From an uncultured delta proteobacterium (lineage in GTDB: Bacteria > Myxococcota_A > UBA9160 > SMWR01): a stretch of DNA of 64,000 bases. Made by a program: the position numbers and the translations under genes. Shown in pieces: positions 12,279 through 20,533 of this stretch. The notes beneath the pieces were generated by a model, which had not been told where the DNA came from, did not search any database, and was given only the letters and a program-made list of their open reading frames with translations. The first letter of the stretch is position 1; each line of letters opens with the position of its first letter. The DNA is taken from assembly GCA_963832165.1 (NCBI GenBank), contig CAWHTE010000003.1, positions 263,324 through 327,323 on the forward strand, read 5' to 3'.

Positions 12279-12862
12279 CTCCGGCCCGGTCCGTTCACAG
12301 CGTTCGATTTGGGCGGCGCGGGTGCGTCCGACAGCGGTCGCAGCGCCAGCCGGCCGACGTAGTGGCGGAACGTATCGAGGGTGAGTCGCGCATCTGCCAT
12401 CGCGCGGTGCGGCACGGCCCCGTTGATCAAGCCCGCGTTGAGCGCGGCCTGGCGCAGCGAGAGCGCCGCGACGGGTTCGCCCGCGACCAGCGACCAGGTG
12501 TAGAAGAGCGTCGCGAGGTCGATCACGTGATAGTCGAACGGATAGGCGCGCGCGCACGAGCGGTAGGCGCGCTCGAGGAACGCGACGTCCATGCGCACGT
12601 TCTGGCCCGCGGGCACGACCGTCTTCCCGGGCGGCAAGAGCGCATCCATCGAGGCCAGCACCTCGCGCAGGTGCGGCGCACCCTGCCAGTCCTCGATCCG
12701 ATAGCCGCTGATCTCGGCGGCTTCAGGCGTGATCCGGTGCGGCCTCGCGGCAATCTTCCACTCACCCGCGACGAGCTCGTCGAGCCGATAGTCGGTGAGG
12801 ATCAGCGCGACCTCGGTGATGTCGTGCTGCTCCGGGTCGAGGCCCCCGAACTCACAGTCCAT
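12275..12862 (-). CDS. DEDDh (DnaQ/Orn-like) 3'-5' exonuclease; true start uncertain
   Basis: ExoI FAFMDCEFGGLD, ExoII NVRMDVAFL, ExoIII HRAMADARL. The first ATG is the M of FAFMDCEF, which would clip the first beta-strand. No other canonical start lies upstream before the tRNA. The 287-aa track ORF reads through the tRNA and is not credible in full. Confidence 0.7.
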   Translation of the reverse strand: MDCEFGGLDPEQHDITEVALILTDYRLDELVAGEWKIAARPHRITPEAAEISGYRIEDWQGAPHLREVLASMDALLPPGKTVVPAGQNVRMDVAFLERAYRSCARAYPFDYHVIDLATLFYTWSLVAGEPVAALSLRQAALNAGLINGAVPHRAMADARLTLDTFRHYVGRLALRPLSDAPAPPKSNAVNGPGRS

Positions 12863-12888
12863 GAACGCGAACGCGAAGTCGGCCAGAG

Positions 12889-12908
12889 GGCGCTCCCAAC
12901 GGGAATCG
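12889..12908 (-). repeat. 20-nt direct duplicate of the tRNA-Glu 3' end
   Basis: ggcgctcccaacgggaatcg occurs at 12889-12908 and again at 12930-12949 (T-arm plus 3' acceptor strand of the tRNA). The two copies are separated by the hairpin cgcttcg-agcggcg-cgaagcg. Confidence 0.8.
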
Positions 12909-12928
12909 CTTCGAGCGGCGCGAAGCGC

Positions 12929-13006
12929 TGGCGCTCCCAACGGGAATCGAACCCGTGTCTCAGCCTTGAGAGGGCTGCGTCCTAGACCGCTAGACGATGG
13001 GAGCGC
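12929..13006 (-). tRNA. tRNA-Glu (anticodon CUC), CCA encoded
   Basis: The reverse complement is GCGCTCCCATCGTCTAGCGGTCTAGGACGCAGCCCTCTCAAGGCTGAGACACGGGTTCGATTCCCGTTGGGAGCGCCA. It has a 7-bp acceptor stem, anticodon loop CU-CUC-AA, and T-loop GGTTCGATTCC. Confidence 0.85.
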
Positions 13007-13057
13007 TCGCGTTCGGGCCGCCGAAGCTAGCACCCCGTGCGGGCGGCGCGAGACGAG

Positions 13058-13090
13058 AATTGTCACCGCGCGGACGCGATTCGTCACTGC
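13058..13090 (+). promoter_or_regulatory. candidate enhancer (EBP/PilR-like) sites: two GTCAC half-sites 21 nt apart
   Basis: aatTGTCACcgcg (13061) and gatTCGTCACtgcg (13082), about 150 nt upstream of the sigma54 promoter. Two helical turns apart. Inference only. Confidence 0.3.
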
Positions 13091-13211
13091 GTGCCGGCTT
13101 GCGCGCGACGACTGCGCCCGAGCTGCGGTGTGAAACAACGGGGCGATCGGCCACGGGCGCGCTCAGGTTGGTGCCCGGCGTTGCCGATGCATGAGCCGGT
13201 TCACCGAACGC

Positions 13212-13227
13212 TGGCATGACCCTTGCT
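13212..13227 (+). promoter_or_regulatory. sigma54 (-24/-12) promoter of the pilin gene
   Basis: TGGCATgacccTTGCT matches the consensus TGGCAC-N5-TTGCW with exact GG-N10-GC spacing. It lies about 130 nt upstream of the pilin ATG. pilA is sigma54-dependent in Myxococcus and Pseudomonas. Confidence 0.55.
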
Positions 13228-13356
13228 CTATAGCGCTGGCGTACGGGAAGGACCGAGTCAAAAGGCCTGCGTCGAGGTTCGACGTCGCCCCGGGAAGGGG
13301 ACGGGAAGGGATTTCCCGAGGACGCGCTCGGTTCGAAGATCCGACAGGGAGATCCC

Positions 13357-13905
13357 ATGAAGAAGCTCCACGTTCGCAAGGGTGGCTTCACGCTCATCGA
13401 GTTGATGATCGTGGTTGCCATCATCGGAATCCTCGCGGCGATCGCGATTCCGAACTTCCTCCGCTTCCAGCTCAAGGCGAAGTCGAGTGAAGGCAAGACC
13501 AACCTCGCCGCGATCCGGACCGCCGAGCAGTCCTACTACTCGGAGTTCGGCCGCTACGTCTCGTCGACGGGCCTCGCGCCGGCGGCGTACCCGGGCAGCT
13601 CGAAGACCGGCTTCACGCCGGCGAGCGCGCCCGGCTTCAACACGATCGGCTGGTCGCCCGAGGGCCAGGTGTACTTCAACTACGGCGTGGGCACGGACGT
13701 CCTCGGCACCGGTTTCTTCACGACCGCGATGGCCGACATCAACGCGAACACCACGCCGCAGGCGTGGGGCTACCACAAGCGCGGTGGTGGCGGCGCGGCG
13801 ATCACGCCGCAGTCCGGCCACACCTGCGCGCTCGGCGCCGCCGGTCTCCAGCAGGACGACCAGGTTGGCCCGTGCGGCAGCACGTTCGGTCAGAGCGAGT
13901 TCTAG
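13357..13905 (+). CDS. pilA: type IV major pilin (PilA-like, 182 aa)
   Basis: Class III signal MKKLHVRKGG/FTLIELMIVVAIIGILAAIAIPNF with Glu5. The N-terminal helix is nearly identical to myxobacterial PilA. C-terminal Cys pair C-x15-C (disulfide loop). Confidence 0.9.
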   Translation: MKKLHVRKGGFTLIELMIVVAIIGILAAIAIPNFLRFQLKAKSSEGKTNLAAIRTAEQSYYSEFGRYVSSTGLAPAAYPGSSKTGFTPASAPGFNTIGWSPEGQVYFNYGVGTDVLGTGFFTTAMADINANTTPQAWGYHKRGGGGAAITPQSGHTCALGAAGLQQDDQVGPCGSTFGQSEF

Positions 13906-13932
13906 ACCTGGTCTAGGACTGGTTGAACGAAG

Positions 13933-13965
13933 GGTGGAGGGCCGGGCGTGGCCCGGCCCTCCACC
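13933..13965 (+). terminator. perfect 15-bp stem-loop downstream of pilA
   Basis: GGTGGAGGGCCGGGC-gtg-GCCCGGCCCTCCACC, 28 nt after the pilA stop. There is no U-tract, which is common in high-GC genomes. Confidence 0.55.
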
Positions 13966-14026
13966 GATTCGCCTCCTCGAAGAATTCTCGCGAGCCCAGG
14001 GCTCGCGTCCACTCGCAAACCTCGAA

Positions 14027-14674
14027 ATGCAGGGCCAGAAGATGCGCAACTTGAAGCGATCTCGGACCCGAGGCGGGTTCACGCTCACCGAGCTCATGAT
14101 CACCTGCGCGTTGGTCGGTACGCTCGCGGCGATCGCGATTCCGAACTTCATGACGTATCAGGCGCGCAGCCGCCGCAGCGAGGGCTATACCAACGTCGCG
14201 GGCATCGCGCGCGCCTACAAGGCGTACCACGCCGAGAAGGGCCGGTTCCCCGACATGGTCGTGGAGACCACCGCGCTGGGCTCGCCCGAGGCGAGCCTTC
14301 CGGACCCCACGGCGCACGGCTTTGCGGCTCCGAACACGCAGAAGCTCCCCTGGGATGCGCCGACCGAGGCATTCTTCAGCATCGTCGGCTGGCGGCCCGA
14401 GGGCAGCGTGTTCTACAGCTACGACGTCGAGTCTGCGTGCGGTGGCGGGCTCTGCAACGATCAGTCGTGCTTCACGGTGACCGCTCACGGCGACGTGGAC
14501 GGCAATGGCAGCCTCGGCGCGGTGATGTTCGTTCATCCGTTGACGAACGCGACGGGCAATCCGATCGCGTCCTGCAACTCCGGCATTGGCAACTTCCCCC
14601 CGCCCGTGTCGGCCGAAACCGGTCAGGCCGTCTATGACGAGCCGGCGATCCGGCTCGCGAGCGATCTGTACTAG
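14027..14674 (+). CDS. second type IV pilin-like protein (215 aa)
   Basis: Real part of ORF 13415..14674, from ATG 14027. MQGQKMRNLKRSRTRGG/FTLTELMITCALVGTLAAIAIPNF. Four C-terminal Cys residues and a DVDGNGSLG motif. Confidence 0.85.
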   Translation: MQGQKMRNLKRSRTRGGFTLTELMITCALVGTLAAIAIPNFMTYQARSRRSEGYTNVAGIARAYKAYHAEKGRFPDMVVETTALGSPEASLPDPTAHGFAAPNTQKLPWDAPTEAFFSIVGWRPEGSVFYSYDVESACGGGLCNDQSCFTVTAHGDVDGNGSLGAVMFVHPLTNATGNPIASCNSGIGNFPPPVSAETGQAVYDEPAIRLASDLY

Positions 14675-14693
14675 CCCGACAGCGGGGGGGAGC

Positions 14694-15653
14694 TTGACCA
14701 GTTTGGGTTTGCGGAGGGGAGCCGCCCGATGGCTCTCGTGCGCGCTCGTCGCGGGCGTCACCGCACTCGTGCACGCGGGCATGGACACGTCGTCGGCCGC
14801 CGCGAGCGGCCGCCTGCACGTGCCGAGCCCGGAGCGCGCACGCGCGCTCGCGCTCGGCTTCGAGCCCGTGATCGCGGACTACTACTGGATCCAGGCGCTC
14901 CAGCTGGTCGGCGGAGAAGAGCGGCCCACACAGCGCAACCGGACGATCGAAGCGCTGTTGGACGTGGTGACCGGACTCGACCCGTGGGTCGATCATCCCT
15001 ACCGCTTCGCCGCGCTATGGCTCACCGACACCGAGAGCGAGGTGAAGCACGCCAATCGCCTGCTCGAAAAGGGCATCGCCTATCACCCGCTCAATTGGCG
15101 GAACCGCTTCTATCTCGGTTACAACCAGTTCTTCTATCTCGAGGACAACGCGAGCGCCGCAGACACACTCGAGAATGCGATGCGCTTCCCCGACGCGCCC
15201 GACTACCTGGGCTCGCTCGTGGCGCGCCTGCGCGCCTCGAACGACAGCCTCGACACGGCGGTGTTGTTCCTCCAGCAGCTGATCGCGCAGACCGAGGACG
15301 AGTACGAGCGCGCGGAATACCTGGAATCGTTCGCCGAGATCGAGACCGAGCGGCGCGCCCGCATGCTCGATCGCGCGCGCGCCGAGTTCGGACGCCGGCA
15401 CGGCCGCGACATCCGCTCGCCCGCCGAGCTCTGGAGCGGACCCCTGCGCGTGCTCGGCGGCGAGCCGCCCGCGCATCCGGAGATCGCGGGGCAGCGCTGG
15501 CGGATCGATGCCGCGACCGGCGAGATCGTGTCCTCGTTCTACGGGCGCCGCTATCGCGTCCACACGAACCCCACCGACGAGGCGGTGCGACAGCGCTGGC
15601 GCGCTCAGTCCGACGAGGCCGCACCTGCCGCCGCCCGGGAGGGCGACGCGTGA
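14694..15653 (+). CDS. hypothetical secreted or membrane-anchored helical-repeat protein in the position of M. xanthus PilG
   Basis: In ORF 14586..15653. TTG 14694 follows GGGGGGGAG. N-terminal hydrophobic segment WLSCALVAGVTALVHA. Stop overlaps the next start (GTGA). The PilG analogy is by synteny only. Confidence 0.5.
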   Translation: MTSLGLRRGAARWLSCALVAGVTALVHAGMDTSSAAASGRLHVPSPERARALALGFEPVIADYYWIQALQLVGGEERPTQRNRTIEALLDVVTGLDPWVDHPYRFAALWLTDTESEVKHANRLLEKGIAYHPLNWRNRFYLGYNQFFYLEDNASAADTLENAMRFPDAPDYLGSLVARLRASNDSLDTAVLFLQQLIAQTEDEYERAEYLESFAEIETERRARMLDRARAEFGRRHGRDIRSPAELWSGPLRVLGGEPPAHPEIAGQRWRIDAATGEIVSSFYGRRYRVHTNPTDEAVRQRWRAQSDEAAPAAAREGDA

Positions 15654-16594
15654 GCGCGAACCGCGCCGAGATCGTGCGCGTCGATGCCGTGGTGAAGGAT
15701 GTGCGGCCCGGCTTCGGCCTGCGCCGCAAGCGCGTGCTGCACGACATCACGTTCTGCGTGCGCGAGGGAGAGATCTTCGGCTTCGTCGGCCCGAACGGCG
15801 CGGGCAAGACCACGACGCTCAAGATCCTGATGGGCCTGATCCGCGCGACGTCGGGCACGGCGCGCGTGCTCGGCCACGACGTCGGCGAGACCGCGTTCCG
15901 GCGCCACGTCGGCTTCCTGCCCGAGAATCCCTACTTCTACGACTATCTCACCGGGCGCGAGACGCTCGACTTCTACGCGAAGCTGTGCGGCCTGTCGCGC
16001 GAGCGGCGACACGCGCGCGCGGACGAGCTGCTGAGCCAGGTGGGGCTCGAGCACGCGGCGGGCGCGCGCGTGCGCACCTACAGCAAGGGCATGCAGCAGC
16101 GGCTCGGGATCGCGCAGGCGCTCGTCCACGATCCCGACGTCGTGTTCCTCGACGAGCCGATGAGCGGTCTCGACCCGATCGGACGCAAAGAGGTGCGCGA
16201 TCTGATCCTGCGCCTGCGCGATCGGGGCAAGACCGTATTCATGAACACGCACATCCTGCACGACGTGGAGCTCGTGTGCGACCGCGTCGCGATCATCGCG
16301 GGCGGACGGATCCGCTACGAGGGCGCGATCCAGGACTTCATCGAGGCCGGTGAGCGCTTGACCGATCTCCTCGTCGCGAGCCTGCCCGCGCATATCGGGG
16401 CGTTGCTCGAGGAGCGTTTCAGCGCGCAACTGCGCGGCGTGGGGGATCGCATCGAGGTGCGCGTGCCCGAGAAGCACGTCGACCCCGCGCTCGCGGTGCT
16501 GCTCGAGGCCGGCGCGAGCGTCGTGTCGGTGTCGCCGAATCGCGCCTCGCTCGAGCAGATCTTCATGAACGCCGTCGAGGAGAGCCACCGATGA
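15650..16594 (+). CDS. ABC transporter ATP-binding protein (PilH-like position)
   Basis: Walker [10 protein letters not shown], signature YSKGMQQRL, Walker [14 protein letters not shown]-loop NTHIL. Confidence 0.9.
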   Translation: MSANRAEIVRVDAVVKDVRPGFGLRRKRVLHDITFCVREGEIFGFVGPNGAGKTTTLKILMGLIRATSGTARVLGHDVGETAFRRHVGFLPENPYFYDYLTGRETLDFYAKLCGLSRERRHARADELLSQVGLEHAAGARVRTYSKGMQQRLGIAQALVHDPDVVFLDEPMSGLDPIGRKEVRDLILRLRDRGKTVFMNTHILHDVELVCDRVAIIAGGRIRYEGAIQDFIEAGERLTDLLVASLPAHIGALLEERFSAQLRGVGDRIEVRVPEKHVDPALAVLLEAGASVVSVSPNRASLEQIFMNAVEESHR

Positions 16595-17373
16595 TCCCCC
16601 GCGGTCTGGTCTGCATCTGGACGATCGCCACGAACACCGTGCGCGAGTCGGTGCGCAGCAAGCTCCTGTACGGGCTGCTGTTCTTCGCCGTGCTGCTGAT
16701 CGGAGCGGGCGCCGTGGTCGCGTCCCTCTCGTACGTCGAGCAGGAGCGGATCCTGCAAGACATCGGGTTGGGCTCCGTGCGGTTGTTCGGTGTCGCGATC
16801 GCGATCCTCGTCGGCATCAACCTGATCCACCGCGAGGTCGAACGCCGCACGGTCTACACGATCCTGTCGAAGCCGCTGTCGCGCGGTGAGTTCCTGGTCG
16901 GCAAGTTCCTCGGGCTCACGCTCACGATCTGGCTGCAGATGGCGATCATGGGCGCCGCGTTCGTGGGCGTCTCGCTCGCCACGGGGGCGCCGCTCGGCGT
17001 GCCCCACCTCGCGTTCTTCTTCCTGACCGGCGTCGAGCTCGCACTCGTGGTCGGGATCGCGACGTTCTTCTCGGCGTTCACCACGCCCGTGCTCGCGGCG
17101 TTCTTCACCACAGGTGTCTGGGGCGTCGGTCATCTGTCGCGCCAGCTGCGCGATCTCGGCGCGAGCGGTCAATCGAGCCCGTTCGAGTGGGTGACCTGGG
17201 CGCTCCACCGCGTGCTGCCCGATCTCGAGAGCTTCAACCTCGCCTCCGAGGCCGCCCACCTGCTGCCCGTGACCGCGTCCGACTGGGTGCTGCCGACACT
17301 CTACGGCGTGGGCTACGTCACGCTCGTGCTGTTCGCGGCGGTCGCCGTATTCGAGCGCCGCGACCTGCGCTGA
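16591..17373 (+). CDS. ABC-2 type transporter permease (PilI-like position)
   Basis: 260 aa with about 6 predicted TM helices. ATGA overlap with the ATPase gene. Confidence 0.8.
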   Translation: MIPRGLVCIWTIATNTVRESVRSKLLYGLLFFAVLLIGAGAVVASLSYVEQERILQDIGLGSVRLFGVAIAILVGINLIHREVERRTVYTILSKPLSRGEFLVGKFLGLTLTIWLQMAIMGAAFVGVSLATGAPLGVPHLAFFFLTGVELALVVGIATFFSAFTTPVLAAFFTTGVWGVGHLSRQLRDLGASGQSSPFEWVTWALHRVLPDLESFNLASEAAHLLPVTASDWVLPTLYGVGYVTLVLFAAVAVFERRDLR

Positions 17374-17420
17374 GCAAGCTTCGCGCAGCGAGCGAAGGCG
17401 AGCGAAGACCATCAGGTGAG
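17374..17420. repeat. interspersed intergenic repeat (family member B)
   Basis: gcaagcttcgcgcagcgagcgaaggcgagcgaagaccatcaggtgag, between the permease stop and the pilD start. Matches 7060-7106. Confidence 0.7.
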
Positions 17421-17441
17421 CCTTTGCTAACGTCGGCGCTC

Positions 17442-18326
17442 ATGGACGTGGTGCTCACCGTGCCCGACCGCGTTTGGGCCGGCGTCGCCTTCGCGTTCGG
17501 ACTCTGCGTCGGCTCGTTCCTGAACGTGGTGATCCACCGGCTGCCGCTCGACCAGTCGATCGTGCATCCGAGCTCGCACTGTCCAAACTGCCAGACGCCG
17601 CTGCGCTGGTACGACAACGTGCCGCTGCTCGCGTACCTGTGGCTGCGCGGGCGCTGCCGCGGCTGTGGTCAGCGCATCTCGCTGCGCTATCCGGCTGTCG
17701 AGCTGCTCACGGGTGTGCTGTTCGCGGTGATCGTGCTGCGCTTCGGCGCCACGCCGATGGCCGTCGTGGGCTGCGCGTTCGCGGCCGCGCTCGTGGCGAC
17801 CGCGGCGATCGATCTCGATCACCAGATCATCCCCGACGAGATCTCGCTGGGAGGACTCGCGCTCGCGCTCGTCGTCGTGCCCGTCACCGACTGGTGGGCC
17901 GGCGCTGCGTTCGGCGCGGCGATCGTGCGCTCGCTCTCCGGCGCGGCGATCGGCGGCGGCATGCTCTGGATCGTCGGCTTTGCACACGCGCGCGTGTCGT
18001 CGATGCTCGGGCGTGGGTTCGATCATTGGCCGGGTGAAGGCGAGCCGCTGCCGCGCTTCGGTTCGCTCGACTACTGGACCTGGTTCCCCGGTGTCGGATT
18101 CGGCGATGTGAAGCTGCTCGCAATGATCGGCGCCGTACTCGGACCTATCGGCGTGCTCGAGACGATCGTTCTCGCATCGGTGGTCGGGCTCGCGGTCGGC
18201 GTGCTCGTGACCGTCTCGCGCCGCGCCTGGAACACGCCGTTCGGGTTCGGACCCTCGATCGCGGTCGGCGCGCTGCTCGCGCTGCTCGCGCCGGATCCCT
18301 TCGCCTGGCTGCCCGGGCTGCGCTGA
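17442..18326 (+). CDS. pilD: prepilin peptidase / N-methyltransferase
   Basis: Real part of ORF 17187..18326, from ATG 17442. Zinc motif CPNC...CRGCG, catalytic Asp motifs AAIDLDHQIIPDE and GFGDVKLLAMIG. Confidence 0.9.
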   Translation: MDVVLTVPDRVWAGVAFAFGLCVGSFLNVVIHRLPLDQSIVHPSSHCPNCQTPLRWYDNVPLLAYLWLRGRCRGCGQRISLRYPAVELLTGVLFAVIVLRFGATPMAVVGCAFAAALVATAAIDLDHQIIPDEISLGGLALALVVVPVTDWWAGAAFGAAIVRSLSGAAIGGGMLWIVGFAHARVSSMLGRGFDHWPGEGEPLPRFGSLDYWTWFPGVGFGDVKLLAMIGAVLGPIGVLETIVLASVVGLAVGVLVTVSRRAWNTPFGFGPSIAVGALLALLAPDPFAWLPGLR

Positions 18327-18387
18327 GCGCGTCTCGCCCGCTTGTGAAATAGGCGGGCTCCGCGGTAAGGTCCTGGAAAGGCAGCGT

Positions 18388-18461
18388 TCCCCGGTCGTCT
18401 AACGGCAGGACAGCAGGCTCTGAACCTGTGAATCGAGGTTCAAATCCTCGCCGGGGATCCA
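18388..18461 (+). tRNA. tRNA-Gln (anticodon CUG), CCA encoded
   Basis: TCCCCGGTCGTCTAACGGCAGGACAGCAGGCTCTGAACCTGTGAATCGAGGTTCAAATCCTCGCCGGGGATCCA. Acceptor stem TCCCCGG/CCGGGGA, anticodon loop CU-CUG-AA, T-loop GGTTCAAATCC. Confidence 0.85.
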
Positions 18462-18545
18462 CCGAGTCGCCTCCAGACCCCCTCACAGGCCCTCACAGGA
18501 TGGCTTCACTCGTGGCCTCCCCAGGGGGCCGAACGGGTTTGCTCC

Positions 18546-19124
18546 ATGAAGCTCGAGGTCGAACGACTGACGGGCGAGCCGCGGCCCTTTGCATACGAAG
18601 AAAGCGGCAACTGGTGGTGCACGCGCATGCCGCGCGACGCCGCACTGCCGCGCGACGTGGTCGAGCCGTTTCGCGTGACCGGAACCGCGTACCGCGGGGG
18701 CGATTCGGAGGAGATCATCCTCGAGGGGAGGATCGCGGGAGCGTTCGAGCTGGAATGCGCGCGCTGCCTCGCGCGCTATCGTCACGGGCTTTCCGAACCC
18801 TTCCGATTCGTCCTCGAGCCAGCGGGCGTGCGAACGCCCGCGGAGCCCGAGGCCGCGCGGTCGCTCGTCCGGGACGGGATGTGCCTCGCGGATGAGGTCG
18901 AGTTGGGTTGGTACCGGGGGACCGAGATACAGCTGGATTCGGTGTGTCTCGAATTGATCTCGCTGGCGCTTCCGGTGAAGCCTTTGTGCCGTGATGACTG
19001 CGCTGGTTTGTGCTCGCGGTGCGGGGCCGATCGCAACGAGACACCGTGCGGCTGCAGCGAGGCCGCTCCGAAATCACCATTCGCCGTGCTCGCCGCGTTG
19101 CGCGGCGAAAGAGGAGCTGACTGA
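18546..19124 (+). CDS. yceD: YceD/DUF177 family protein
   Basis: Position directly upstream of rpmF. C-terminal [23 protein letters not shown] motif. Confidence 0.8.
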   Translation: MKLEVERLTGEPRPFAYEESGNWWCTRMPRDAALPRDVVEPFRVTGTAYRGGDSEEIILEGRIAGAFELECARCLARYRHGLSEPFRFVLEPAGVRTPAEPEAARSLVRDGMCLADEVELGWYRGTEIQLDSVCLELISLALPVKPLCRDDCAGLCSRCGADRNETPCGCSEAAPKSPFAVLAALRGERGAD

Positions 19125-19306
19125 TGGCGGTGCCGAAGGCCAAAACGACCAAATCGCGGCGGAACATGCGCCGGTCCCACCACGCACTCGCGCAGCCGCC
19201 GCGCAGCAACTGTCCGCAGTGCGGAGAGGCGAAGGCGCCGCATCGGGTGTGCCCGAACTGCGGCACCTACCGCGGCCGCGAAATCGTGCGTACCGACGAG
19301 GACTGA
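19124..19306 (+). CDS. rpmF: 50S ribosomal protein L32
   Basis: [22 protein letters not shown]...CPQCGE...[15 protein letters not shown]. Confidence 0.95.
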   Translation: MAVPKAKTTKSRRNMRRSHHALAQPPRSNCPQCGEAKAPHRVCPNCGTYRGREIVRTDED

Positions 19307-19312
19307 TCTCGC

Positions 19313-20260
19313 GTGTTGGCTCTGCTCTTTCCGGGTCAGGGTTCCCAGGCAGTGGGAATGGGTCGCGACGTCTACGAGACGAGCGACGCCGCCCGCGCCG
19401 TGTTCGCGGCAGCGGATTCCGCGCTGGGGTTCCCGCTCTCTCGGCTCTGCTTCGAGGGACCCGAGGACGAGCTCGTGCGCACGGAGGTGCAGCAGCCCGC
19501 GATCCTGACCACGAGCATCGCGTTCCTGCGCGCGCTCGAAGAGCGCGGTGGTGAGCTCGAGCCCGCGTTCTATGCGGGCCACAGCCTGGGCGAATACACG
19601 GCGCTCGTGGCCGCGGGCGCGCTCGAATTCGGTGACGCCGTACGGCTCGTGCAGCTGCGCGGGCGCTTCATGCAGGAGGCCGTACCGGAGGGGCGCGGCG
19701 CGATGGCCGCGATCCTCGGGCTCGATCCCGACGCGGTCGCCGGAGCGTGCGGGGTCGCGTCGGCACAGACCGGTCGCGTCGTGGCGCCGGCGAATTTCAA
19801 TGGACCCGCCCAGACCGTGATCTCGGGCGATGCCGTGGCGGTGGAGGCGGCCTGCGCGCGCGCGCGCGAGCGCGGCGCGAAGCGCGCGGTTCCGCTCGAC
19901 GTGTCGGCTCCGTTCCATTGCTCGCTGATGCGGCCCGCGGCCGAGAAGCTCGCGCTCGAGCTCGCGCGGGTGCGCTTCGAGGTCCCCGTCGCGCCCGTGG
20001 TCACCAACGTCGAGGCCGAGGACTGCGCCGATCCGTCGCGGTTCCCGGCGCTGCTCGAGCAGCAGGTCACCGCGCCGGTCCGCTTCACGGAAATGATTCA
20101 GTTCCTGAGCAATTCGGGCGTCGATCGCGTGCTCGAGATCGGGCCGGGCCGCGTACTGGTCGGTCTGGTCGCCCGGGTTTCACGCGATCTGGCGCGCGCC
20201 AGTCTCGGGATTGCGAAAGAGCTCGATAGCGCGGCAGATTTCGCCGCGGGAGAGCGCTAG
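19313..20260 (+). CDS. fabD: malonyl-CoA:ACP transacylase
   Basis: FPGQGSQAVGMG and the active-site motif GHSLGEYTAL. Confidence 0.9.
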   Translation: MLALLFPGQGSQAVGMGRDVYETSDAARAVFAAADSALGFPLSRLCFEGPEDELVRTEVQQPAILTTSIAFLRALEERGGELEPAFYAGHSLGEYTALVAAGALEFGDAVRLVQLRGRFMQEAVPEGRGAMAAILGLDPDAVAGACGVASAQTGRVVAPANFNGPAQTVISGDAVAVEAACARARERGAKRAVPLDVSAPFHCSLMRPAAEKLALELARVRFEVPVAPVVTNVEAEDCADPSRFPALLEQQVTAPVRFTEMIQFLSNSGVDRVLEIGPGRVLVGLVARVSRDLARASLGIAKELDSAADFAAGER

Positions 20261-20293
20261 GTACACGGCGACGTTCGCCAGGGGAGGGATTGA

Positions 20294-20533
20294 ATGGTGG
20301 CGCTGGATACGAGGGTCTCCGAACTGATCGTCGAGCAGCTCGGGGTCAGCATGGAGGAGATCAGGCCCGAAGCCTCCTTCATCGACGATCTGGGCGCCGA
20401 CTCGCTCGACATCGTCGAGCTGGTGATGGCGATGGAAGAGGAATTCGACATCGAGATTCCCGATGAGGATGCCGAGCGCATCCAGACGATCGGCGATGCC
20501 ACCGCCTATCTCAAGGAGAAGCTCGGCGCGTGA
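20294..20533 (+). CDS. acpP: acyl carrier protein
   Basis: 79 aa with the [21 protein letters not shown] phosphopantetheine-attachment motif. Confidence 0.95.
   Translation: MVALDTRVSELIVEQLGVSMEEIRPEASFIDDLGADSLDIVELVMAMEEEFDIEIPDEDAERIQTIGDATAYLKEKLGA

Noticed and set aside
12275-13138. 287-aa minus ORF as a single gene
   Set aside because: It reads straight through tRNA-Glu and the duplicated tRNA end. Only the part from about 12862 down has exonuclease motifs.
13415-14026. 5' two-thirds of the 419-aa ORF 13415..14674
   Set aside because: It overlaps pilA out of frame and is Ser/Arg/Pro-rich. The prepilin leader shows the real gene begins at 14027.
18480-18499. Tandem 10-mer ccctcacagg x2 just after tRNA-Gln
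   Set aside because: Only two copies and no further structure, so it is most likely a trivial slippage duplication.
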